DNA of 64,000 nucleotides from a virus, in IMG/VR virus record IMGVR_UViG_3300045988_141072, positions 1-64,000 of that record. The stretch is one strand, 5' to 3'. Made by a program: the position numbers and the translations under genes. The notes under the pieces were generated by a model. That model saw nothing but the letters and a program-made list of their open reading frames with translations. It made no database searches and was not told the DNA's origin. How positions within the stretch are numbered: the first letter of the stretch is position 1; every line of letters starts with the position of its first letter. Positions 35,615 through 44,613 of this stretch are shown piece after piece.

Positions 35615-37897
35615 TTGGATGAAGATGAGATTTATAAATTCACAGCGATAATTACATATGAGCAATACTACTCGGATGATACAACGTGGGGAGTGTTTGG
35701 ATTTTCAACAAAAGATGATATTCCATTCTTTACAAAACCTACAAAAACATTCGATCCGTTTGGTGATAATAATTCTGCAAATGATACTGAAGATCAAAAG
35801 ATGAGTAAGTTGGCAGGAAAGATGCAACATTTAGTTGTGGGTGGAGAATATGTAGTTAAGGCGAAATACAAAAAAGATAAAAAATATGGCGATCAATATA
35901 CACCGATTGTCATATACGCCATTATTCCACAAAGCAGAGAAACACAACTATTATTTTTGAAATCAATGATTCCTGAATGGATGGCTGATAATTTAATAAA
36001 TGCATATCCAAATGTAGTAAATGATGTAGCGAATGGTACATTAAAAACTATTGATTACAGTCTTGTAAAAGGTGTTAGAGAGATTACTTGGAATAAAATT
36101 AAGGAAAAAATCATTAATAACTATCTTATTTCTGACATTATCTCGATGCTAAAACCAATCGGTGTCACTTATGCAATGATTAAAAAATTGCTTTCAGAAG
36201 AACCAAATCCAGTTTTATTAAAGCAAGAGTTAGAGAAAAATCCATATATCATGACAAAAATTGATGGGATTGGGTTTCGTAAATGCGATGACCTTGCATT
36301 AAAATTGAAGCCAGAACTGATTGACTCTACGCAAAGACTTGTAGCTTTTATCCAATATTATTTTAAAGAATTGGGAGAAAGTAAAGGTCATACATGGTGT
36401 TCTGAAAAAATTTTAAGAGCAGCCATAAGTAATAATGTTTATGAGTGCTGTAATAAGGTCGATTGGCTATTAGAAAATAATGACTTTCTTCATATTAATA
36501 ATGGTCGAATTGGTCTGAAATATTATTACGATATTGAGATGCAGATTTATCATTTGATTCTGAATAAATCTAAAATTGAAACAACAATCAATATTTCTAA
36601 GGAAGCGATTGATAAAGCAATTAAACATGCAGAAGAAGAACAAGGATTTGATTATGTAGTAGAACAGTTAGACACGATTAATAAAAGCTTACATAGAACT
36701 GTTAGTCTGATAACTGGAAAAGCAGGAACTGGTAAAACGTCAATAATGCGAGCAATTGTTAAGGCTTATATGGAGAATAATTATATGATGACAGCTTCAG
36801 CATTATCGGCAATGGCAGCTCAAAGAATTACAGAAGCAACAGAATTTCCTGCAATGACTATTCATCGAACACTTGGATGCCAGGGGTTAAATGATTTTAC
36901 ATATAACAAGGACAATCATTTAATTACAGATGTTGCATTTCTCGATGAAGGAAGTATGGTTAATGCCAGTTTGTTTTTACATTGGCTTGAAGCAATCGGA
37001 GATAATACAAGAATTATTATTTCAGGAGATCATAAGCAGTTACCGCCTATCGGATTTGGTAATGTGTTCTCAGATTTGATTGAAATGTTTGATGATTCAG
37101 TTGTGAGCAAGTTAGTAAAACCTATGAGACAGGCAGAAAAATCAGGTATTCTTGTTGATGCTAATAAGATTCGTGAGAATATAAATCCTATATCTGAGAA
37201 GTTACAACCACGAATTATTCATGGTGAGTTACAAGACATGTATTATATGTTCCGTACAAATCGACAGTCATTATTTAATATTGCTGTTAAGACATTCATT
37301 AAATCTGTTGAGTCAGATGGAATTGACAATGTGGTTATTGCAGTACCTCGTAGAAAAGATTGTTTGAATAGTACCAATGAGATTAATAAGGTTATTCAAA
37401 ATGAGTTACTTGGTGATGTTTTAGAGAGCATTGAAGGTTTTGATACAACTTTCAAACTTGGTGCAAAAGTCATGCAAACAGTTAATGATTATGACAAAAA
37501 TGTATTTAATGGCGAGATTGGTTATGTGACAAAAATCAGTGAAAGATATGATGGTAAGAAAAAAGAAGAGTATTGTGAAGTAACTTACACTGATATTTTT
37601 GGAAAAGACAAAATTATTGAATACACAAAGAAAGAGTTAGCTGCTTTGGATCTTGCTTATGCTATGACAGTACATAAATTACAGGGTGCTGGTCGAAAGA
37701 CAGTAATTGGTATTATTGATAATACACATCATCAGCTTCTTGATAACTGTATGCTTTACACATTATTGACCAGAGCAAAGAAGAGATGTTTGTTATTAGC
37801 TGAACCAGAGGCATTTTTACAGTGTATTAGAACAAGTCATAATAATAGAAACACTTGGATGATGTTAGAAACAGAGAATAATACAGTAGAAGAGTAA
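35615..37897 (+). CDS. RecD-like SF1 DNA helicase
   Basis: Walker A is ITGKAGTGKTS. Also FLDEGSM, SGDHKQLPPIG, AMTVHKLQGAG and LLTRAKK. TTG start. Confidence 0.9.
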   Translation: MDEDEIYKFTAIITYEQYYSDDTTWGVFGFSTKDDIPFFTKPTKTFDPFGDNNSANDTEDQKMSKLAGKMQHLVVGGEYVVKAKYKKDKKYGDQYTPIVIYAIIPQSRETQLLFLKSMIPEWMADNLINAYPNVVNDVANGTLKTIDYSLVKGVREITWNKIKEKIINNYLISDIISMLKPIGVTYAMIKKLLSEEPNPVLLKQELEKNPYIMTKIDGIGFRKCDDLALKLKPELIDSTQRLVAFIQYYFKELGESKGHTWCSEKILRAAISNNVYECCNKVDWLLENNDFLHINNGRIGLKYYYDIEMQIYHLILNKSKIETTINISKEAIDKAIKHAEEEQGFDYVVEQLDTINKSLHRTVSLITGKAGTGKTSIMRAIVKAYMENNYMMTASALSAMAAQRITEATEFPAMTIHRTLGCQGLNDFTYNKDNHLITDVAFLDEGSMVNASLFLHWLEAIGDNTRIIISGDHKQLPPIGFGNVFSDLIEMFDDSVVSKLVKPMRQAEKSGILVDANKIRENINPISEKLQPRIIHGELQDMYYMFRTNRQSLFNIAVKTFIKSVESDGIDNVVIAVPRRKDCLNSTNEINKVIQNELLGDVLESIEGFDTTFKLGAKVMQTVNDYDKNVFNGEIGYVTKISERYDGKKKEEYCEVTYTDIFGKDKIIEYTKKELAALDLAYAMTVHKLQGAGRKTVIGIIDNTHHQLLDNCMLYTLLTRAKKRCLLLAEPEAFLQCIRTSHNNRNTWMMLETENNTVEE

Positions 37898-37975
37898 TTT
37901 GGATTTCTGGAATGCCCATAAATAGGGCGTTTCAGAGACTCAAAAAGCCAATGAAAGACGGATTTCTTATTAGTC
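37871..37975 (+). repeat. Conserved intergenic element, copy E
   Basis: ACAGAGAATAATACAGTAGA overlaps the end of the helicase ORF. Hairpin TCTGGAATGCCC/GGGCGTTTCAGA at 37906-37937. TTTCAGAGACTCAAAAAGCCAATGAAAGACGGATTTCTT parallels 5611-5650. Confidence 0.6.
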
Positions 37976-38007
37976 ATTCATTGGAAAAGAAAGGAGAGAA
38001 TAAGTAA

Positions 38008-38625
38008 ATGAAAATGCTTGTGTTTTATCGGTCAAGAGAATATACAAATGCAATTATATCTTCAACAAGGTATAAATTGCAAAATATGGATATTGCAAAA
38101 GGTCTTGACGTTGATTTTATTAATTTAGATAAAAGAAACTACATTAAGGTATTGGCTCAAATGGAGGAATTGCCACGCTTTGTATATATTTGGTATGACA
38201 AAGAAAAGGTTACAGATTATATCAATGAGACATACCCATCAATAGAAGTCTTACATTTTGATGTGGAAAATTCAGTCGAAACACACAATAGTGGTTTTTA
38301 TGGATATACAACAAAAGAATATAAGTTAGCAGATTTAATGCTTCAGAAATTTAAGGATAGTCTTGTAAAGAAAACAATGTATCAGGTTGATTCTTTATAT
38401 AAAATTTCAAAAATGGACATGGATGATATGGATATAGCTTGTTCAAAATATCATTCATTTGAGACAAGGGAGGAAGCAAAGCAATATTGTATTGACTGTC
38501 TTAAAAAGGAAATTGATACATTAGAAAATAGAATTGATATGTACCAAAGCAATATTAAGTCTTGCAAAGCTGATTTGAAAAAGAAAAACACACTATTAAA
38601 GAAATACGATATTAAAGCAAATTAA
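38008..38625 (+). CDS. hypothetical protein
   Basis: ORF track; SD is AGGAGAGAATAAG. Confidence 0.65.
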   Translation: MKMLVFYRSREYTNAIISSTRYKLQNMDIAKGLDVDFINLDKRNYIKVLAQMEELPRFVYIWYDKEKVTDYINETYPSIEVLHFDVENSVETHNSGFYGYTTKEYKLADLMLQKFKDSLVKKTMYQVDSLYKISKMDMDDMDIACSKYHSFETREEAKQYCIDCLKKEIDTLENRIDMYQSNIKSCKADLKKKNTLLKKYDIKAN

Positions 38626-38659
38626 ACGACAGTTTCTTTGGAATATTTGGAGGTAAAAT

Positions 38660-38953
38660 ATGATAGATGAATTTCTTAATGAAATAAAAGAACTGCAAAG
38701 ATATAAAGAAAAATATCTATACGCAAAAGAAGACAAGCAGCGTATGTCAGATTTGTTATATGAATACATGATAAAAGAATATGATAATATGTCGAAGCAA
38801 GAGAGAATATCAAAATATGAAGAAGAATGTTGCAGGCATTGTAGATATAGAGGTTATTGTGAATTCGATTTTCCTGAAAATATTTATGAGCCAGTTAGGA
38901 GCGATAAAGCATGGATTCCGGGTAGAAAGACCTGTGGTAGATTTGAGTGGTAG
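38660..38953 (+). CDS. hypothetical protein
   Basis: ORF track; SD is TGGAGGT. Confidence 0.65.
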   Translation: MIDEFLNEIKELQRYKEKYLYAKEDKQRMSDLLYEYMIKEYDNMSKQERISKYEEECCRHCRYRGYCEFDFPENIYEPVRSDKAWIPGRKTCGRFEW

Positions 38954-38994
38954 ATTTGAGGTGTCTTAAACATATTAGAAATTTGGAGGAATAA

Positions 38995-39426
38995 ATGGAA
39001 ATTTTAGGAAACAATTTATATAAATTTTTCAGCAGGATAGATCCTACAGGTAAATATGCAGATATTACTTACGCAAGCACAAACTATGAAGTGTGGAAAG
39101 TATCAGAAGAATTATTTAAAAATATGTGCGATATGCCAGAAGAAAACTTTGTTAGATTAGCCGGCGAGGATGCATGGTGGAGACAATGTGATGGTAGTGT
39201 ACTTGGTGTCCCTGATACAAAATTTAAAGTAAATGGTAAATATATAATTGGATGGGATACACCAATTTATGCAAGTAAAATAGGTTACAAGTATGAAAAT
39301 TTAACTGATTATCTTTGTAACTGTTTAGGTGTTTCTTCTGCTAAGAATATATGTGCTTGTTGTGTGGATCTTGCTAAATATAACAACATGACTATGGCAG
39401 AACTGTTTGAAAAGTATGGAGAATAA
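38995..39426 (+). CDS. hypothetical protein
   Basis: ORF track; SD is TGGAGGA. Confidence 0.65.
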   Translation: MEILGNNLYKFFSRIDPTGKYADITYASTNYEVWKVSEELFKNMCDMPEENFVRLAGEDAWWRQCDGSVLGVPDTKFKVNGKYIIGWDTPIYASKIGYKYENLTDYLCNCLGVSSAKNICACCVDLAKYNNMTMAELFEKYGE

Positions 39427-39440
39427 ATAATCAGCAGGAG

Positions 39441-39758
39441 GTGATTATTATAGAATGGTACGTTTATTATCATGATTCAAACAAACAAAAAATTATTAAA
39501 TGGAATATATTCAATCATGGAAGTTTTAAAAAAGAAGTTGATGTGCTTTTAAAAGAGAAAATAGATAAGGATGATTTCTCTGAAAAATTAAAAAGAGAAA
39601 TGATGTATTATTTTTGGTCTAAGTGTGAATATGAAATAATTTTATCACCTTGGACTGGACGAGCAGATGACATTAAGATTGATGTTTATGACCAAATAAT
39701 GATGAATTTTGACAGGTTTGTTGATTATTGTTGGTTATTCAAGTCAGAAAAACTTTGA
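39441..39758 (+). CDS. hypothetical protein (start codon uncertain)
   Basis: ORF track. GTG 39441 overlaps the SD AGGAGG itself; at the usual spacing only ATA 39450 is in frame. Confidence 0.55.
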   Translation: MIIIEWYVYYHDSNKQKIIKWNIFNHGSFKKEVDVLLKEKIDKDDFSEKLKREMMYYFWSKCEYEIILSPWTGRADDIKIDVYDQIMMNFDRFVDYCWLFKSEKL

Positions 39759-39849
39759 AAATAAGGCGAAATTTGAGATGAAATTTCCAAGGAAATTGGA
39801 CTTTCATTGGGAGAATATTAATGTAAAGAAAGGATAAAAGTGAACAAAA

Positions 39850-40233
39850 ATGAAGAAAATTATAAGTTTAGTTTTAATAAGTGGTTTAGTGTGTACATTA
39901 TTAGCAGGTTGTAGCGAAGCAGAAAGAGTTAATTACAATATATCAAAGCAAGCAACATATTTTGAGTGCGAAAGAAAAATAACTGTATACAATGCAAGAA
40001 CGGATAAAGTTATATTAGAAGCTGAAGGTTATATGGATATATCAAATAACGAAAATAAAGAACTTGTGTGTACAGTAAAAATAGGTAAAAATCAGTATAA
40101 GAAAAACTACATATACTTAAACGATTACACCATGTACGTTGTTGAAGATATTACCGGAACACATACAGATCCATATCATTATAAGATTTACTTCCATACA
40201 GAACAGCCAATTGATATTGAGACAAGACCATAA
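39850..40233 (+). CDS. putative lipoprotein
   Basis: MKKIISLVLISGLVCTLLAGC carries the lipobox LLAG-C. Confidence 0.7.
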   Translation: MKKIISLVLISGLVCTLLAGCSEAERVNYNISKQATYFECERKITVYNARTDKVILEAEGYMDISNNENKELVCTVKIGKNQYKKNYIYLNDYTMYVVEDITGTHTDPYHYKIYFHTEQPIDIETRP

Positions 40234-40252
40234 GATGAGGAGAGTTTGAAAT

Positions 40253-41011
40253 ATGAAATTTGAAAATACAGAAGTGTTTAATTTCGAAGGTGCTTTTAGA
40301 GGTTTAAGAAATCCCAAGAATAGTTGGAATAGAAGTGATAGTAAATTTAGTGACTATTACGATTTATCAAGAGGAGATGTATCAGAGAAAGAACTAAAGA
40401 AAGTTTTCCAATTGGCTTATATTCATCATAGAACACCAGATGGATATTTTGTGGATATTATTGGTGAAAACGATATGAAACTTGCGCAGACTCTCATTAA
40501 AGCAGGAAATGAGCATAGAAAGTTCATGCGACAGATTTTCGTATCAGTAGATATCACAGCACCTCTTTATTTGTGGAAAGAATTTGATACATATAAGGTA
40601 GGGACGGTTGCGAACTCAACGAGTACCATGCACAAAATTACAAGTCAACCTATTACATTAGATTGTTTTGAAATTAAAGATTATGATAATTCGTTAGTAA
40701 CAACATTGGAAGATGGGAATTGCAAGTTTACATTTTCTTCTTCGGATGAACCACTTGCAATCATTGATTGGCTTGAATCACTTAGACAAAAATATATTAA
40801 AACAAAAGATAAAAGATATTGGAAAGAACTAATTCGATGGCTTCCTGAGAGCTGGTTACAGAAGCGTACAATTACAATGAATTATGAGAATGTTCGTAAT
40901 ATCTATTTTCAGCGTAGAAACCATAAGCTTACAGAGTGGTCAGAGTCGTTTATCAAGTGGGTAGAGTCACTTCCATATGCGAAAGAGTTGATTATGTATG
41001 ATGGTAAATAA
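40253..41011 (+). CDS. ThyX-family (flavin-dependent thymidylate synthase fold) protein with degenerate active-site motif
   Basis: Collinear by eye with ThyX: LIKAGNEHRKF versus LMKHGHETPFEH; VDITAPLYLWKEF versus HVKAPIFVARQWF; NYENVRNIYFQRRNHKLTEW versus [20 protein letters not shown]. The RHRxxSxxxxSxR signature reads TYKVGTVANSTST. Confidence 0.5.
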   Translation: MKFENTEVFNFEGAFRGLRNPKNSWNRSDSKFSDYYDLSRGDVSEKELKKVFQLAYIHHRTPDGYFVDIIGENDMKLAQTLIKAGNEHRKFMRQIFVSVDITAPLYLWKEFDTYKVGTVANSTSTMHKITSQPITLDCFEIKDYDNSLVTTLEDGNCKFTFSSSDEPLAIIDWLESLRQKYIKTKDKRYWKELIRWLPESWLQKRTITMNYENVRNIYFQRRNHKLTEWSESFIKWVESLPYAKELIMYDGK

Positions 41012-41029
41012 ATGTTCATTTCATAGGAG

Positions 41030-41254
41030 GTGATTAATATTAGAGATCCAAATAGATTATATAATTTTTATAACGAAGTAACCCGATTACACATGACATA
41101 CATGCCTGATTGGAGAGTTGGTCAGTTTTGGATGAACTTTTTAGGCTGGGTTCAAAATGTAAAGAAACGAGATCCGTTCTTCCCAGAAGAATCAGAAATG
41201 CTTACATATTTAAGAGAATTTTGTGGAGAGGAGAATAAAGAATACGGCAAATAA
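41030..41254 (+). CDS. hypothetical protein (start codon uncertain)
   Basis: ORF track. GTG 41030 overlaps the SD AGGAGG; ATT 41039 is at canonical spacing. Confidence 0.55.
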   Translation: MINIRDPNRLYNFYNEVTRLHMTYMPDWRVGQFWMNFLGWVQNVKKRDPFFPEESEMLTYLREFCGEENKEYGK

Positions 41255-42413
41255 ATTAATTGATTTAACAGGACAGAAGTTTGGAAAATTGACAGTTATT
41301 GGAAGATCAGAAGACAAAGTATTACCATCAGGGAGAAAAGTTGTTAATTGGAAATGTATATGTGATTGCCAAAGTGGACAAGAATCACCTAAATATACAT
41401 TTAAAACATGGGATTCATTAAAACGTAATCCGTCACCTTCATGTGGATGCGATACAAATGAAAAACATAGAAAATCAAGAATAAAAAATTTAAAAGGGAT
41501 GAAATTTGGTAAATTAACTGTTTTAGAACAAGCAGAAGATCAAATAAATGAAAATGGAAGACATTATATTATATGGAAATGTATATGCGATTGTCAATTA
41601 AATAATGAAAATCCCCAATATACATATGTTAGAGGTACGCATTTAACAAGTGGTGATGTTAAATCTTGTGGGTGTCTTGCAAAAGAACTTTCTTCAAAAA
41701 GGGAATGCATAGACATAATAGGAAACAAATATGGCATGTTAACGGTTGTTTCAAGAGGCGAAAATACAAAAACAGGTCAAACTCAATGGTGGTGTCAATG
41801 TGATTGTGGAAGCGATTTAAAATTAATTACAAAATCTAATTTAATTAGCGGTAATACATTTTCATGTGGTTGTTATAATCAAAGGAAAAGAAAAGATAAA
41901 AATAACACATATGATTTATCGGGTGAGTATGGTATTGGTTATACATCCAAAGGAGAAGAGTTCTATTTTGACTTAGAAGATTATGACAAAATAAAAGAAC
42001 GATATTGGTTTAAAACTAATAATGGTTATTTTGCAACAAAAAGTTATGGAATTCCTATTATGCTACATAGATTTATTTTAAATTTACCTTCTTTCCAATA
42101 TGATAATCCAGTAGATCACATCAATCATAATACATTTGATAATCGAAAAGTTAATTTGAGGATTACAAATAACTCTCAAAATAATATGAATAAAGGATTG
42201 GCATCTAATAATACAAGTGGTGTAAAAGGTGTTAATTTTGATAAAAATAAAAATCTTTGGATTGCACGTATTTCTGCATATAAAGTCAGGTATCATTTAG
42301 GTGGATTCGTTAATAAACAAGATGCAATTAGGGCAAGAAAAGAAGCGGAAGAAATTCTACACGGAGAATATTCATATGATAATTCAATCAAAAAAGGAGA
42401 ACTCAATGGATAA
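41223..42413 (+). CDS. HNH-AP2 homing endonuclease with three N-terminal Cys-rich repeats
   Basis: HNH is VDHINHNTFDNRKVNLRITNNSQNNMN. AP2 is SGVKGVNFDKNKNLWIARI..HLGGF. Three repeats of about 60 aa follow G.KFGKLTV...W.C.CDC....CGC. The start is uncertain and overlaps the upstream ORF. Confidence 0.8.
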   Translation: MERRIKNTANKLIDLTGQKFGKLTVIGRSEDKVLPSGRKVVNWKCICDCQSGQESPKYTFKTWDSLKRNPSPSCGCDTNEKHRKSRIKNLKGMKFGKLTVLEQAEDQINENGRHYIIWKCICDCQLNNENPQYTYVRGTHLTSGDVKSCGCLAKELSSKRECIDIIGNKYGMLTVVSRGENTKTGQTQWWCQCDCGSDLKLITKSNLISGNTFSCGCYNQRKRKDKNNTYDLSGEYGIGYTSKGEEFYFDLEDYDKIKERYWFKTNNGYFATKSYGIPIMLHRFILNLPSFQYDNPVDHINHNTFDNRKVNLRITNNSQNNMNKGLASNNTSGVKGVNFDKNKNLWIARISAYKVRYHLGGFVNKQDAIRARKEAEEILHGEYSYDNSIKKGELNG

Positions 42414-44346
42414 AGTAATAAAAATAAAGCAGCTTGTAAGACAGCTTAATCATTATAGAGATTTATATTATAATGATTCTATATCAATGATTTCAGATAA
42501 ACAATATGATGATATGTACGATAGATTAAAAAGAATGGAAGAAGAGACGGGTGTTGTAATGTCAAACTCTCCAACAACAACCGTTGGTTATGTTGTAAAA
42601 TCAAGTCTTGAAAAGACAACGCATTCTCACCCAATGTTATCGCTAGATAAAACTAAATCAATGGATGATTTAATAAAATTCTCTAGTGGCAAGGACTGCG
42701 TTATATCTCTTAAAATGGATGGTCTTACTGTACTTAACAGTTATGATAATGGCGTATTACAAAAGAGTGAAACTAGGGGCAATGGTGAAATTGGAGAAGT
42801 TATTACTCATAATGCAAAAGTGTTTGATAATTTTCCAATAAATATTCCATTTGATAGAAAATTTGAAATTGAGGGTGAAGCAATTATCACTAAGGACGAT
42901 TTTGAACGAATAAATATTAATGGAGAATATAAAACTTGTAGGAATTTAGCATCTGGCTCAGTTAGACAGCTTGATAATAGAATAGCGAAAGATAGACACG
43001 TACATTTTATCGCTTGGAAAGTTCCATTTGGTTTTACAACATACACAGATGGATTCAGAATTGCAAAAGATTATGGTTTTGAAGTAGTTCCGTATGTTAC
43101 GTACAATAGTAATATAGATGATATAAATAAAAAAATTGAACAATTAAAAGCTGTGGCGAAAGAAAAATCATATCCCATAGATGGCTTGGTTATTTCTTAT
43201 AATGATGTAGAATATGGTAAATCACTTGGAATGACTGGGCATCACCCTAAACATTCGCTTGCGTTCAAATTTTATGATGAAGAAGCAGTAACAATATTAC
43301 AAGATATTAAATGGGGAATGGGTAAAACAGGTCAACTTACACCAATAGGCATTTTCAACGAAGTCCAACTCGACAATACAACTGTGAATAAAGCCTCATT
43401 ACATAATGTATCTATTTTAAAAGAATTACAGCTAGGTATTGGTGATGAAATTACTGTGTATAAAGCGAATCAGATAATTCCTCAAATTCGTGAGAATCTT
43501 ACAAAATCAAATATATTTAATATTCCAGACAAATGCCCTATATGTGGTCAGCCTACTAAAATAGTAAAAGATAATGATTCAGAGGTGCTTTATTGCACAA
43601 ATGATAATTGCAATGGCAAGCTGCTTGGTAAGCTCACACATGCGGTGTCGAGAGATGCACTCAACATTGACGGATTATCAGAATCTACAATAGAAAAATT
43701 CATCAATCTTGGTTGGTTGAATTTCATTAAGGATATTTATTACTTATCAGACCACGAACATGAAATGAAAGCTTTGGAAGGTTTTGGTAAAAAGTCAGTT
43801 GGAAAACTTCTTAATTCTATAGAAAAAAGTCGTAATACAAATCTTCAACGTTTTCTTTATAGCTTATCTATCCCACTTTTAGGAAAGTCGGCAAGTAAGG
43901 ATATAGCCGAATTTTGTGGAAATAATTTTAATTCATTTGTTGGTGCATTAACAGAGGGTGGAAAAGATGCTTTTACTTCAATTAATGGTATTGGTGAAGC
44001 GTTAGGAAAATTCATTATTAATTATTGGAACAAACATAATGAAGAAATTATGGATTTAGCACAAGAGTTTACATTTTCAAAAGATGAAAAAATTGAAAAA
44101 GTTGAAAATGATAAAATTAACGGAAAAGTATTTGTAGTTACTGGTTCTATTAATCATTATAAAAATCGTAATGAATTAAAAGCAGATATTGAGAAAAACG
44201 GTGGTAAAGTTACAGGCTCAGTAACATCTAAAACAGACTATCTTATCAACAATGATATTAATTCTAACAGTTCTAAAAATAAAAAAGCAAAGGAACTTAA
44301 TGTTCCAATCATTTCAGAAGAGCAATTCATATCTATGCTCAAATAA
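42406..44346 (+). CDS. ligA: NAD-dependent DNA ligase
   Basis: Adenylation site SLKMDGLTV; Zn finger CPICGQP..C.NDNC; HhH region; C-terminal BRCT (GKVFVVTGS..). ATG 42406 follows AAGGAGAA (the track ORF opens at 42301). Confidence 0.95.
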   Translation: MDKVIKIKQLVRQLNHYRDLYYNDSISMISDKQYDDMYDRLKRMEEETGVVMSNSPTTTVGYVVKSSLEKTTHSHPMLSLDKTKSMDDLIKFSSGKDCVISLKMDGLTVLNSYDNGVLQKSETRGNGEIGEVITHNAKVFDNFPINIPFDRKFEIEGEAIITKDDFERININGEYKTCRNLASGSVRQLDNRIAKDRHVHFIAWKVPFGFTTYTDGFRIAKDYGFEVVPYVTYNSNIDDINKKIEQLKAVAKEKSYPIDGLVISYNDVEYGKSLGMTGHHPKHSLAFKFYDEEAVTILQDIKWGMGKTGQLTPIGIFNEVQLDNTTVNKASLHNVSILKELQLGIGDEITVYKANQIIPQIRENLTKSNIFNIPDKCPICGQPTKIVKDNDSEVLYCTNDNCNGKLLGKLTHAVSRDALNIDGLSESTIEKFINLGWLNFIKDIYYLSDHEHEMKALEGFGKKSVGKLLNSIEKSRNTNLQRFLYSLSIPLLGKSASKDIAEFCGNNFNSFVGALTEGGKDAFTSINGIGEALGKFIINYWNKHNEEIMDLAQEFTFSKDEKIEKVENDKINGKVFVVTGSINHYKNRNELKADIEKNGGKVTGSVTSKTDYLINNDINSNSSKNKKAKELNVPIISEEQFISMLK

Positions 44347-44447
44347 TCAAAAAGTTAAAAATTAAATAGAGAATATAATAAAGGAGATGAATAACAATTC
44401 AGCAGTATAAACGAATAATCTATGCAAAAGACTTAGCAAAAGAACTT

Positions 44448-44609
44448 ATGAAACATCCTGATGCTTATGTATGTGTTGGTAAACTTGGTGATGATTATGG
44501 AAGATATGACCAAAGAGTACTTAATACATTTTTGCGAGATGGTGAAGTTTTGGTCTTAAACATAGAAAATTATAAAGAAAACAACTTCGTAAAATTTTTT
44601 GAAGGGTGA
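44448..44609 (+). CDS. small hypothetical protein (start uncertain, frame open from 44391)
   Basis: Hand-translated ..MKHPDAYVCVGKLGDDYGRYDQRVLNTFLRDGEVLVLNIENYKENNFVKFFEG*. The good SD AGGAG at 44382-44386 is followed at 10 nt by in-frame ATT 44397. Confidence 0.4.
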   Translation: MKHPDAYVCVGKLGDDYGRYDQRVLNTFLRDGEVLVLNIENYKENNFVKFFEG

Positions 44610-44613
44610 AAAT

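Noticed and set aside
42301-42405. N-terminal extension of ligA (track start 42301)
   Set aside because: It overlaps the HNH gene end. ATG 42406 follows AAGGAGAA and begins the canonical LigA N-terminus.
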